A DNA stretch of 32,000 nucleotides from Geotalea uraniireducens Rf4 (GCF_000016745.1 NC_009483.1:720001-752000); one strand, 5' to 3'; counted from the stretch's first letter, positions 1 to 7,559 are shown. A program made the numbers and translations. The notes: generated by a model not told the origin, from the sequence alone.

Positions 1-1
1 A

Positions 2-193
2 GTCGACATGCCTGACAGGATGATTGATCTGTTCATACGGATATGCCGTGAGAACGGGGGGAGGATTTCCCTGAACAAACGAAAGTCCCTGTTCGACAAG
101 CTAACCGATGAAGAGGTTGCTGCACTGGAGGAATGTGTCAGCCAGGCATTCGGGCTGAATTCCAACGGTTCTTCGGCCGACCGGAATAATTAG
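2..193 (+). CDS. 3' end of a gene truncated by the window edge; hypothetical protein
   Basis: The frame is open from position 2 (no stop upstream of the listed Met at 8) to TAG at 191-193. The sequence is protein-like and helix-rich (...LTDEEVAALEECV...). No family recognised. Confidence 0.4.
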   Translation, partial: VDMPDRMIDLFIRICRENGGRISLNKRKSLFDKLTDEEVAALEECVSQAFGLNSNGSSADRNN

Positions 194-279
194 GGACACT
201 CAACCACAAAACGGTGGAAATCAACTTCTTCCTGCTCGAAATCCCACCCGAAAAAGCCCATTACCCCATCTAACTACCA

Positions 280-309
280 TTGACGATTGCTTGTGCCGGA
301 TGATATGCT
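280..309 (+). promoter_or_regulatory. Candidate sigma70-type promoter upstream of the SNF2 helicase
   Basis: TTGACG (280-285), an 18-nt spacer, then TATGCT (304-309), about 65 nt upstream of the GTG at 376. Motif match only. Confidence 0.2.
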
Positions 310-375
310 ACGGCTGCGGTAAAACATATTTCTTCCCATTCGTTCCGATGCAATGCATAAACAGGTATACGTGCC

Positions 376-3072
376 GTGAACCTTACCATCACTCCATCCG
401 GTCATCTGCTGGTGATCGGCTCATCTGCTTGTGAAACATCCGATGCTGCCATAACCAGTCACTTTTGTGCTGAAGCTATAGCGCAGGCTTTCGCAGATTC
501 GCAATCCGCGGGAATCATGGCTCTGGCAGGGGGCAAATCCGCTCCTGACTGGCCGCTCCCCTGGATGTTCTGGCGTGATTTCGGCACACGCTATCTTCTC
601 CTTCTCTGCCAAAGCCAGCCAACTGCCGAACGGCTGGAACCGTTGCCCCCCCTGGATGATGCAACCCTTGCCTGTCTGACCCTGAATATCCCTCCCATGC
701 CGGGTGCTGAATACTGTACTCCCGATGTGCTCGCAGCTATCTGGACCGATCTCGACACCTGGGCGCTGGATTCGATTGCCCGGCATGCGGAAGGCCTGGT
801 CGGCTTTCTGCACCGGTATGCGCCGCTCTGGCGCCAGGTGGGGCGGGTCTGTTTCCACCTGGCCGAAAACAAACAGGACCCCGAATTCCCTTTCGCCTTC
901 ATGGCGACCTATATACCCCGCCTGGGTAAAAACGCCCGTGCCCAGCATCTCCCCCTGAATCAGGCGCTTTGCGAGTATGCCGGCGCCAACAACCGTGAAG
1001 CGCTCCTGCGCCTTCTGGAGCCGGTTCACGAGGCCGGCACCCGCTGCGAGTGGGTACGGGAACTGCTGGAGAGCAACGACATCTATCACCCGCTGGCCTG
1101 GACGCCGGAGGAGGCCTACCCGTTTCTTAAGGATGTGCCTGCCCTTGAGGAGAGCGGCCTGGTGGTGCGTCTGCCGGATTGGTGGAAAAAACGCCCCCGC
1201 CCCCGGGTGCAGGTTGCCATCGGCTCCAACGTCGGAGAAACCCTTTCGGCGCAGGCCTTGCTGGACTTCAGGGTGCAGCTGACCCTGGACGGTGCAGACC
1301 TTACACCGGAGGAAATTGCGGCCCTGACGGCGACCGGGGAGGGGCTTGCGCTTCTGCGGGGGCAGTGGGTCGAGGTGGATGGCGAAAAACTCCGCCAGGC
1401 GCTGGAGCAGTGGCAGCGGGTCGAAGCCGAGGCCGGGGATGGTCTTTCGTTCATGGAAGGGATGCGTCTTCTGGCCGGTGCCCGACGTGACCTGTCCGGC
1501 AATGATCCCACGCTGGATGAAACCGGCTGGGCCTTTGTGGAGGCTGGCGGCCAGTTGCGGGAGATGCTGGCAGGACTGCGGGAGCCGGCCAGGCTGGCAG
1601 CCGTGCAGGCCGGTGACCGGTTGCGGGCGACCCTGCGCCCCTATCAGCAGACCGGCCTCAACTGGCTCTGGTTTCTGTCGGAACTGGGGCTGGGCGCTTG
1701 CCTGGCCGACGACATGGGGCTGGGTAAAACCATCCAGGTCATCTCCCTTTTGCTGGCACAAAAGGGGCGTGCCGGGAAAACCTCTCCCAGCCTGCTGGTG
1801 CTCCCGGCTTCGCTGCTTGCCAACTGGAAGAGCGAGCTGGATCGATTTGCGCCGTCGCTCAAGGTCGTCTGTCTGCATCCGTCGGAGCTGGAACGATCAG
1901 AACGGGAGCGCATTGCCGCTGATCCCGCAGGCGGTCTTGCCTCCGTCGATGCGGTGCTGATCACCTACGGCATGCTGCAGCGCCAGGAGTGGCTCAGAAA
2001 ACTATCCTGGAACCTGATCGTGCTCGATGAGGCCCAGGCCATCAAGAACCCCGGCACCCAGCAGGCCAAAGCGGCCAAGACCCTTAAAGGAAGGGCGCGC
2101 ATCGCCCTGACCGGCACCCCGGTGGAAAACCGGCTGTCCGATCTCTGGTCGCTGTTCGATTTCATCTGCCCCGGCCTGCTGGGCTCTGCAACCCGGTTCA
2201 AGCAGTTCGTCACTTCCCTCGAAAACCGCGAGCCTCCATCGTATGCCCCGTTACGCACCCTGGTGCAGCCCTATATCCTGCGCCGCCTCAAGACCGACCG
2301 GAGCGTCATCAGCGATCTCCCCGACAAGGTCGAGGTGGCGGCCTGGTGCGGCCTCAGCAAGGCGCAGGCCCGACTGTACGGCCAGTCGGTGAAGGAGTTG
2401 GCCGAGGCGCTCCGGGAGCAGCAGGAGGGGATGAAGCGCCGGGGGCTGATCCTCTCATCGCTGATGCGGTTCAAGCAGATCTGCAACCATCCCGGTCAGG
2501 CTCTGGGTGACGGCGACTACGCCGAGGAGCGGAGTGGCAAGTTTGTGCGCCTGCGGGAACTGGCCGAAGAGATCGCCTCTCGCCAGGAAAAGGTGCTGAT
2601 CTTTACCCAGTTCCGGGAGATGACCGCGCCCATAGCCACCTTTCTGGCCACGCTGTTTGGCCGCCCCGGCCTGGTGCTGCATGGCGGCACACCGGTGGCC
2701 GAGCGGAAAAAACTGGTGGACCGCTTCCAGCATGAGGATGGACCGCCTTTCTTCGTACTATCACTCAAGGCCGGCGGCTCCGGTCTTAATCTGACCGCTG
2801 CCAGCCATGTCATCCATTTTGACCGCTGGTGGAACCCGGCAGTGGAGAACCAGGCCACCGACCGCGCCTTCCGCATCGGCCAGAAAAAGAACGTCATGGT
2901 GCACAAGTTCGTCTGCAAGGGGACGGTGGAAGAGAAGATCGACGCATTGATTGCCGCCAAGTCGGGCATGGCGACGGAGCTCCTGGACGGGGGGGAAACG
3001 CTGCTGACCGAGATGGATGACGAGGCCTTGTTGAAGATGGTTGCGCTTGATCTGGAGAAGGCGGGGATATGA
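376..3072 (+). CDS. SNF2-family (Swi2/Snf2, HelZ-like) DNA-dependent ATPase/helicase with a long N-terminal accessory region
   Basis: 898-aa ORF. Motif I is LADDMGLGKT, motif II is VLDEAQAIKN, motif III is LTGTPVENRLSDLWS. The C-terminal helicase motifs are SLKAGGSGLNLTAASHVIHFDRWWNPAVENQATDRAFRIGQ. The start is GTG with only a weak SD, so the exact start is uncertain. Confidence 0.93.
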   Translation: MNLTITPSGHLLVIGSSACETSDAAITSHFCAEAIAQAFADSQSAGIMALAGGKSAPDWPLPWMFWRDFGTRYLLLLCQSQPTAERLEPLPPLDDATLACLTLNIPPMPGAEYCTPDVLAAIWTDLDTWALDSIARHAEGLVGFLHRYAPLWRQVGRVCFHLAENKQDPEFPFAFMATYIPRLGKNARAQHLPLNQALCEYAGANNREALLRLLEPVHEAGTRCEWVRELLESNDIYHPLAWTPEEAYPFLKDVPALEESGLVVRLPDWWKKRPRPRVQVAIGSNVGETLSAQALLDFRVQLTLDGADLTPEEIAALTATGEGLALLRGQWVEVDGEKLRQALEQWQRVEAEAGDGLSFMEGMRLLAGARRDLSGNDPTLDETGWAFVEAGGQLREMLAGLREPARLAAVQAGDRLRATLRPYQQTGLNWLWFLSELGLGACLADDMGLGKTIQVISLLLAQKGRAGKTSPSLLVLPASLLANWKSELDRFAPSLKVVCLHPSELERSERERIAADPAGGLASVDAVLITYGMLQRQEWLRKLSWNLIVLDEAQAIKNPGTQQAKAAKTLKGRARIALTGTPVENRLSDLWSLFDFICPGLLGSATRFKQFVTSLENREPPSYAPLRTLVQPYILRRLKTDRSVISDLPDKVEVAAWCGLSKAQARLYGQSVKELAEALREQQEGMKRRGLILSSLMRFKQICNHPGQALGDGDYAEERSGKFVRLRELAEEIASRQEKVLIFTQFREMTAPIATFLATLFGRPGLVLHGGTPVAERKKLVDRFQHEDGPPFFVLSLKAGGSGLNLTAASHVIHFDRWWNPAVENQATDRAFRIGQKKNVMVHKFVCKGTVEEKIDALIAAKSGMATELLDGGETLLTEMDDEALLKMVALDLEKAGI

Positions 3073-3090
3073 ATTTAAAATCCAGTGATG

Positions 3091-3303
3091 AGCAATTATA
3101 ATAAAGTAACTATTCAGCCGCTTACTTTATCATGCTTTTTCAGGTACTTTGGCGTTCCTCATAACCCCTCCCAACCTCCCCTTAGCTTAAGGGGAGGGGT
3201 GTTATCAGTTCCCCCTCTTTAGTTAAGAGGACCCATAGGGCCTAAAGGGGTTAGGGGGAGTTATTGCCTGACAGAAGCTGAATAGTTACATAATAAATTG
3301 TTA
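3091..3303. repeat. About 210-bp nested imperfect palindrome (MITE/REP-like element) directly after the SNF2 stop
   Basis: Outer inverted repeat: GTAACTATTCAGC (3106-3118) against GCTGAATAGTTAC (3277-3289), perfect over 13 bp, extended imperfectly by AT-rich arms. Internal G/C-run hairpins are present, e.g. CCTCCCCTTA-gct-TAAGGGGAGG. No ORF. Confidence 0.55.
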
Positions 3304-3396
3304 TACCTTCAGGTGCATCAATTATGTGTTTGAGAAATTTCCACATCCAGAAGGAGGCCGCGCTGCACGGCGAGAGATTTGTTATGAAAATTGAAA

Positions 3397-3424
3397 TTGA
3401 CATATTCATTTTTCATGGTATTTT
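3397..3424 (+). promoter_or_regulatory. Candidate promoter for the AAA+ ATPase gene (possibly giving a leaderless mRNA)
   Basis: TTGACA (3397-3402), a 16-nt spacer, then TATTTT (3419-3424). The ATG at 3431 follows 6 nt after the -10 box and has no SD sequence. Confidence 0.3.
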
Positions 3425-3430
3425 TGCATT

Positions 3431-4573
3431 ATGATTGCTCGAACCCATTCAAAAGTACAGCTTGAAACAGCCCTTTCACGCAGCAGAATCACCCTCCTGA
3501 TCGGCCCGCGCCAGTGCGGCAAGACTACCCTTGCCCGGCAATTTGTGCCAAGCGACTCCACAAACTATTTCGATCTGGAGGATCCGGTTTCCCTTGCGCG
3601 GCTGGAAGAACCGATGACCGCCCTTGCCCCGCTCACCGGCCTAGTGGTGATAGACGAAGTCCAGCGCCGACCGGAGCTATTCCCCGTATTGCGGGTGCTG
3701 GCCGACCGCCAGCCGCTGCCTGCGCGTTTCCTGATCCTGGGGAGCGCTGCCCCAGAACTGCTGCGTCAGTCATCCGAATCGCTGGCCGGTCGAATGGAGA
3801 TTGTCACCATGTCCGGCTTTTCCCTCGCTGAAGTGGGGATCGAGCAGCAATCCCGCCATTGGCTTCGGGGAGGTTTCCCCTGTTCGTACTTGGCAGCGTC
3901 GGACAATGACAGCTTTGCTTGGCTCAAGAGCTTTACCCTTACCCTTGTTGAGCGGGATATCCCCCAGCTTGGGATCGGAGTTCCCGCTGCCATGCTAATC
4001 CATTTCTGGACCATGCTTGCCCATTGTCACGGGCAGATATGGAACGCCGCGCCTCCGGCACGTTCTCTCGGTGTCACCGAACCGACGGTCAGACGATACC
4101 TTGATCTGCTGGAAGGTGTGTTCATGGTGCGCCAGCTTCAGCCGTGGCACGCCAACCTGAAAAAGCGGCAGGTCAAGTCCCCCAAGGTCTATTTCCGCGA
4201 TACCGGGGTGCTGCACCATCTGCTCGGTATCCGCGGCGAACGGGAATTGCTGAACCATCCGGCCTGCGGCGCATCGTGGGAAGGATATGTCATAGAAGAA
4301 GCGATTCGGGTTGTATCCCCTGACGAGGCATATTTCTGGGCCACTCATAACGGCGCGGAGCTTGATCTGCTGCTGGTGAAGAACGGGCTCCGCATCGGTA
4401 TCGAATGCAAACGCACCGACGCCCCGCGCCTGACCACATCCATGCGAACCTCCCTTACGGACTTGGAACTCGACCGCTTGGTGGTCATTTATCCCGGCAT
4501 TCGACGTTATTCCCTGACCGAAGGAGTAGACGTGCTGCCTCTGGTTGAGCTTGCCAGCCTGTCTGGGCGATGA
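3431..4573 (+). CDS. AAA+ superfamily ATPase with a DUF4143-type C-terminal domain (COG1373-like)
   Basis: Walker A is LLIGPRQCGKTTLA and Walker B is LVVIDEVQ. The overall layout is typical of the ATPase+DUF4143 family (...RDIPQLG..., ...YFRDTGVLHHLLG...). Confidence 0.9.
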   Translation: MIARTHSKVQLETALSRSRITLLIGPRQCGKTTLARQFVPSDSTNYFDLEDPVSLARLEEPMTALAPLTGLVVIDEVQRRPELFPVLRVLADRQPLPARFLILGSAAPELLRQSSESLAGRMEIVTMSGFSLAEVGIEQQSRHWLRGGFPCSYLAASDNDSFAWLKSFTLTLVERDIPQLGIGVPAAMLIHFWTMLAHCHGQIWNAAPPARSLGVTEPTVRRYLDLLEGVFMVRQLQPWHANLKKRQVKSPKVYFRDTGVLHHLLGIRGERELLNHPACGASWEGYVIEEAIRVVSPDEAYFWATHNGAELDLLLVKNGLRIGIECKRTDAPRLTTSMRTSLTDLELDRLVVIYPGIRRYSLTEGVDVLPLVELASLSGR

Positions 4574-4592
4574 AATGTTCTGTTTGGGAAGA

Positions 4593-4628
4593 TCACCGGT
4601 TCACGCGCGCATGCGCGTGAACCGGTGA
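4593..4628. terminator. Strong GC-rich stem-loop between the ATPase gene and the next ORF; no U-tract
   Basis: TCACCGGTTCACG (+CGC) ... (GCG+) CGTGAACCGGTGA gives a 13-bp perfect stem plus 3 more pairs around a 4-nt loop. The symmetric palindrome could act on either strand or be a REP-type element. Confidence 0.35.
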
Positions 4629-4649
4629 ATTACGAGTTGGGAGGGAAAA

Positions 4650-4973
4650 ATGGAGAGAATAGACCTGCAGGATTTCCTTAAGTTTGTGCGGACCCAAGAG
4701 GGGCAAGTTCTGCGTACACTGAAACGAGATAAGCCTTTTACAGTGCGCGTTACCAAGACAGGAGTGGAATATACACCTCAATCGACTATGAAAGAGAGGC
4801 CACACCAAACCAAGTTTATGGAACGAGTATTGGAAATTCTCAGAGAAAGGTTCCTACAAAACAACAGACTATCAAAAGTTCACCGTCTGTTCCTCTTATA
4901 CTTTAACTCTCATCGCAGCTTATATTGCTCAGAAAGAGGCGGTTTAGAGTCACTCAGCGCCAGATTTTGGTAA
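4650..4973 (+). CDS. Small hypothetical protein, probably disrupted by a -1 frameshift near 4837-4840
   Basis: An SD (GGGAGGG) lies upstream. The first about 63 codons are protein-like (MERIDLQDFLKFVRTQEGQVL...VEYTPQSTMKERP...). The downstream part of the listed frame is L/R/S-rich junk. The +1 frame from about 4837 to TAG at 4944-4946 reads FSEKGSYKTTDYQKFTVCSSYTLTLIAAYIAQKEAV. Confidence 0.45.
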   Translation: MERIDLQDFLKFVRTQEGQVLRTLKRDKPFTVRVTKTGVEYTPQSTMKERPHQTKFMERVLEILRERFLQNNRLSKVHRLFLLYFNSHRSLYCSERGGLESLSARFW

Positions 4974-5016
4974 TATGGTTGTTATGGCAAAGAATAGCGA
5001 CAAATTTTAAATATTG

Positions 5017-5229
5017 CTACGCAACTGCCATGAATTCGGCAAAAGAACTGCTTTCGGGAACGGAAAGATGATCCTCAAGTAGGCCATGAATATGGAATTC
5101 TATTGCCTCGTGCATATTTTTTTCGGTTTCTTCTCTTGTCAAACCGGTGGCAATGCATCCGGGCAGATCCGGTGAGTAGGCTGAAAACCCGGTGTCGGTC
5201 TTTTCAATAACAACGAGAAAACGATACAT
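5017..5229 (-). CDS. hicB: HicB-family antitoxin (UPF0150)
   Basis: 70-aa protein. MYRFLVVIEKTDTGFSAYSPDLPGCIATGLTREE... is the typical HicB N-terminal fold sequence. The gene starts 3 nt after the hicA stop. Confidence 0.85.
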   Translation of the reverse strand: MYRFLVVIEKTDTGFSAYSPDLPGCIATGLTREETEKNMHEAIEFHIHGLLEDHLSVPESSSFAEFMAVA

Positions 5230-5231
5230 GT

Positions 5232-5426
5232 TTACTCTCCTTTTTCCAATTGCGCCTGTTTTCGTATGCTGTTCAGAGTGCCGGGTGAAACGTCGTCACC
5301 GGGATGGCCGGCAATGGTCACTCGCCCAACTTTAGACATATGCTTGTACTGACGATGGCTGCCCCGTGTTGCGACAAGGTACCAGCCATCATCTTCAATC
5401 AATTTGATAACGTCCCGAATTTTCAT
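5232..5426 (-). CDS. hicA: HicA-family mRNA interferase toxin
   Basis: MKIRDVIKLIEDDGWYLVATRGSHRQYKH...VTIAGHPGDDVSPGTLNSIRKQA matches the HicA/YcfA signature. I use the internal ATG at 5426 because the listed ORF start at 5507 is a TTG with an implausible N-terminus. Confidence 0.85.
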   Translation of the reverse strand: MKIRDVIKLIEDDGWYLVATRGSHRQYKHMSKVGRVTIAGHPGDDVSPGTLNSIRKQAQLEKGE

Positions 5427-5501
5427 AGGAAGAGAGTAGCATACTCGAATCGGATTTACAAATACTGAGACTACGTTGATGTCGAAAATGAGGAAAATAG
5501 T

Positions 5502-5562
5502 TTCCAACTCGCGCCAGGACCGGGGGCGATAAACCCGCCCCGGTCAGGCTTGGGCGTTAGCG
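5502..5562 (+). repeat. Imperfect-palindromic repeat, copy 1 (attC-like)
   Basis: TTCCAAC...GACCGGGGGCG-ATAAAC-CGCCCCGGTC-AGGCTTGGGC-GTTAGCG. It shares the motif AAACCCGCC(CC)GGTCAGGCTT(AT)GGGCGTT with copy 2. It ends 13 nt before the next SD/ATG. Confidence 0.4.
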
Positions 5563-5575
5563 TGGAGGTAAACCC

Positions 5576-5989
5576 ATGAACTATGTGAACACATTCATCG
5601 CCGTCGCTGCCGATACCAAGGTCGAAACCGGTATGGTTCCGCCCTCACGGGAAGGCAAGAAGTCCGTGGCGCAGTTGGAATACGAACTTATTGCCGCCAA
5701 GCCTTACCAACTCACTCAAGAAGACGTTCAGTTTGCGGTTTATGTCCAGCGCACTGGGCTCAGCAACCAAGAGGTCACGGCAAATCGCTCAGCCTTGTGG
5801 GCTGAGTTCTTTTCCAAGTCCATGGCCTGCATGCGCGCTTCACCCTTACCAAAATCTTATGGGTGGGGATTGCACTTCGATGCTGATGGGAAGGTGGCGC
5901 TCATTGGAGTAGAAACAGAGAAATACGCTCGACTGGTCAACGATCCGACGTTAGAGCACACCGCTGCGATGCGGAGTAAACGCTCATAA
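5576..5989 (+). CDS. DUF6157-like hypothetical protein
   Basis: Good SD (GGAGG). The 137-aa sequence (NTFIAVAADT...SVAQLEYELIA..PY..TQEDV...FFSK..ACMRASPL.KSYGWGLHFDA.GKVAL...AMRSKR) matches my recollection of DUF6157 proteins. Confidence 0.7.
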   Translation: MNYVNTFIAVAADTKVETGMVPPSREGKKSVAQLEYELIAAKPYQLTQEDVQFAVYVQRTGLSNQEVTANRSALWAEFFSKSMACMRASPLPKSYGWGLHFDADGKVALIGVETEKYARLVNDPTLEHTAAMRSKRS

Positions 5990-6057
5990 GCGGCATGCGA
6001 AAACAGGCGCCTTTAGGAAAGATACAGGAACCTAAAACCCCACTTCTAAAGCGAATT

Positions 6058-6114
6058 GCCGACGATCGGCAAGCCCGGCCCAAAACCCGCCGGTCAGGCT
6101 TATGGGCGTTGGGC
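6058..6114 (+). repeat. Imperfect-palindromic repeat, copy 2 (attC-like, 57 bp)
   Basis: GCCGACG-atcgg-CAAGCCC-[GGC CCAAAACCC GCC GGTC]-AGGCTTA-tgggc-GTTGGGC. The 3' end fits GTTRRRY. The inner boxes CAAGCC/GGCTTA are complementary, as in L''/L' boxes. The 5' box lacks a clean AAC. Confidence 0.4.
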
Positions 6115-6168
6115 GACATAATTGTTAGCGCAAATTCCTCATTAGCTGCTCAATAAAGGAGATTCAAT

Positions 6169-6627
6169 ATGGCAACCCTCTATCATCAAGTATGGATCAA
6201 CGCGCCCGTCTCGAAAATTTACCAAGCACTCGCCACCGCCGAAGGACTCGGCAGGTGGTGGGCTCCGCATACATCCACCGAAACGGATTCCGGTCTTGTG
6301 CTGGCACACGGTGCTGGCACAGAGCATGGCGAGGTACGAATGAAGGTGCTGGACACGACCCAAGACAAGCGAGTTGAATGGGAGATCATCAGTACGCATC
6401 CTAAACGCAGCCCCGCTTCTGCCTGGACTGGCACACACATCAGTTTTGAGCTAACCGAAAGAGAGAACCCAGGTCATTGGCTGGGAAACAGCGACGAAAT
6501 ACCCCGCATGGCGGTTCTTGAATTTCGCCACTCTGGCTGGGATGAGAACAGTGAATACTTCGGTTTCTGCAACTTCGCATGGGGTGAGACGTTGCTCATG
6601 CTCAAGCAATGGTGTGAATCACAATGA
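6169..6627 (+). CDS. SRPBCC-superfamily protein (AHSA1/START-like)
   Basis: SD is AAAGGAG. The 152-aa sequence has the typical N-terminal I.AP...V+.AL...EGL..WW and a C-terminal SGW...F.....W motif. Confidence 0.85.
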   Translation: MATLYHQVWINAPVSKIYQALATAEGLGRWWAPHTSTETDSGLVLAHGAGTEHGEVRMKVLDTTQDKRVEWEIISTHPKRSPASAWTGTHISFELTERENPGHWLGNSDEIPRMAVLEFRHSGWDENSEYFGFCNFAWGETLLMLKQWCESQ

Positions 6628-6716
6628 CAGCACAGCCAACGTTTAGCATCAAGAGAGAAGGAGTGATGCGAACACCCCGTAGGGGTCTTGACACGAGACA
6701 ATAATAAAGAGCGTGG

Positions 6717-6778
6717 GTCCAACCAGGCAGAAGCACCGGCCTAAAACCGCCGGTGTTCTCCCACCACGTTCTGAGGAC
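6717..6778 (+). repeat. Imperfect-palindromic repeat, copy 3 (more diverged, attC-like)
   Basis: GTCCAAC (fits RYYYAAC)...CACCGGC-CTAAAACC-GCCGGTG...ACGTTCTGAGGAC. It has the same CCGGC-xxAAAACC-GCCGG core as copies 1 and 2. The 3' GTT box is non-canonical. Confidence 0.3.
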
Positions 6779-6858
6779 AGCCATCTAAACAGGAGATAGC
6801 TAAAGCGACTTTTGCGATACAATATCCAAGTTATGCTAACGACGCGGAGGAGTGATCG

Positions 6859-7275
6859 ATGACCTACTCAAGCATTGAAGACGCTTTTTTATTCGTAAGC
6901 AGCGCCGCTCCATTCGAGCATAGCGCGGTTGTTCATCGGATCACGGGCGAGACTTTTTTTGCTTCGGCATATTCAGACGATTTCGATTTTCCGGATGATG
7001 TGGACGATAACGACGATTATATTGCAATCCCGCACAGAAATGATCTTGATCTGGGGAAGCATCTGGTAATGGAGTTTGTCCGGAGTCACTGCCCTGAACT
7101 GACAAACCGTGTGATTGCTGTATTCTCGCGACGCGGCGCATACGGCAACTATAAGGGACTGCTATCAGAGAAAGATTTGCTGGATAAATGGCATGCTTTT
7201 GAAAATGCACGAACCAGAGAAGCGCTGCTTGAATGGTGCGAGGGAAATGGACTGGTCATCGAGACGAATTCATGA
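6859..7275 (+). CDS. UPF0158-family protein
   Basis: SD is GGAGGAG. The 138-aa sequence has an acidic centre and IPH.NDLDLG..LV.EF......RGAYGNYKGLL.....L.KW..FE......AL.EW...NG, typical of UPF0158. Confidence 0.8.
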   Translation: MTYSSIEDAFLFVSSAAPFEHSAVVHRITGETFFASAYSDDFDFPDDVDDNDDYIAIPHRNDLDLGKHLVMEFVRSHCPELTNRVIAVFSRRGAYGNYKGLLSEKDLLDKWHAFENARTREALLEWCEGNGLVIETNS

Positions 7276-7514
7276 AAGATAAAAAGGTAAAGAAGAAACG
7301 CAAACGTACTGCTGCGGAAAAGGCTGCAAAAAAACGCAGACAATTGGAATACATGTATGTTTTTATGAACGGCAAGCAGAAACGAGTCAAGCGGCCACTA
7401 ACCATTGATGGCATGGATTCGGACGAGTTCATAAGGCAAAATGCCGATTCAATATGGTTGCATCAAAACGAGATGTGGGAATATATTGATCTGCCATCAG
7501 ATGGTCATGATTAA
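7272..7514 (+). CDS. Small Lys/Arg-rich hypothetical protein, translationally coupled to the UPF0158 gene
   Basis: The ATG at 7272 overlaps the preceding TGA (ATGA). The N-terminus is KDKKVKKKRKRTAAEKAAKKRRQ, followed by a more ordinary C-terminal half. No family recognised. Confidence 0.5.
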   Translation: MKDKKVKKKRKRTAAEKAAKKRRQLEYMYVFMNGKQKRVKRPLTIDGMDSDEFIRQNADSIWLHQNEMWEYIDLPSDGHD

Positions 7515-7559
7515 CCGAATCAGCAGCGCTTACACCATAATCAGGAGGACACATCTCCA

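Noticed and set aside
421-1878. 485-aa ORF antisense to the SNF2 helicase gene, plus many shorter overlapping ORFs at 591-3020.
   Set aside because: It lies fully inside a CDS with strong family motifs on the other strand. The sequence is Arg/Gly/Pro-rich and low in complexity, typical of shadow ORFs in high-GC DNA. No motif was recognised.
4593-4808. 71-aa minus-strand ORF starting in the palindrome.
   Set aside because: It is antisense to the better-supported 4650 ORF, begins inside the hairpin, and has no SD.
3073-7559. Considered calling the islet a complete integron or a prophage/ICE remnant.
   Set aside because: The window contains no integrase, transposase or recombinase gene, no attI and no flanking tRNA. 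No long direct repeats were seen at the islet borders. Only the attC-like repeats are reported, as a hypothesis.
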